36,468 nt of DNA, from NCBI GenBank assembly GCA_937912975.1, contig CALEOS010001295.1, forward strand, positions 1 through 36,468, written 5' to 3'. A model generated the notes under the pieces. That model was given only the letters and a program-made list of their open reading frames with translations. It made no database searches and was not told the DNA's origin. This document shows positions 36,422 to 36,468 of the stretch, piece by piece (position 1 is the first letter of the stretch; the number at the start of each line of letters is the position of its first letter). The stretch is from an uncultured Lewinella sp. GTDB taxonomy: Bacteria; Bacteroidota; Bacteroidia; Chitinophagales; Saprospiraceae. A program made the position numbers and the translations under genes.

Positions 36422-36468
36422 CTGTCTCTTATACACATCTCCGAGCCCACGAGACCGAGGCTGATCTC
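36422..36468. other. Illumina Nextera adapter, the reverse complement of 1-46; not biological sequence
   Basis: CTGTCTCTTATACACATCT + CCGAGCCCACGAGAC + CGAGGCTG + ATCT(C). Confidence 0.95.

Noticed and set aside
36422-36464. The C-terminal residues CLLYTSPSPRDRG of the last ORF
   Set aside because: They are encoded by the reverse-complement adapter. The asd gene is simply cut off.

Overview
The window is a complete 36.5-kb assembled contig with untrimmed Illumina Nextera adapters at both ends (1-46 and 36422-36468). The terminal inverted repeat and the first and last ORF residues are therefore artefacts. The gene content looks Bacteroidota (inference). Supporting signs are a T9SS type-A C-terminal sorting domain, a CarboxypepD_reg TonB-dependent receptor, DUF2911, DUF5103 and DUF5916/CBM9-like families, little Shine-Dalgarno signal, and TAnnTTTG promoter boxes. 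About 25 real genes are present, mostly housekeeping or envelope functions: guaB, tadA, dgkA, Xaa-Pro aminopeptidase, asd (partial), MPG DNA glycosylase, a GT4 glycosyltransferase, an EamA transporter, an orphan PAS histidine kinase, TolC plus a membrane-fusion adaptor, a stand-alone double-FtsX ABC permease, an alpha/beta hydrolase, an ElaA-type GNAT and several secreted or outer-membrane proteins. I found no tRNA, rRNA, CRISPR array, integrase, transposase, reverse transcriptase or recognisable defence or toxin system, so I cannot point to a novel multi-gene system. The unusual content is non-coding: (1) a REP-like family built on ACTTCWGAAGT in at least 5 intergenic copies; (2) a ~340-bp hairpin-dense segment bounded by 28-bp imperfect inverted repeats (MITE-like); (3) a 165-bp foldback with an 18-bp perfect inverted repeat between a divergent hydrolase and an ABC permease, which could be a MITE, an inverton or a structured RNA; (4) long hairpins at gene 3' ends whose 5' arm has no C and whose 3' arm has no G; (5) a decayed YWTD-repeat gene relic; (6) promoter boxes abutting start codons. 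Several ORF-track starts are TTG or GTG extensions, and I moved those to the first credible ATG.
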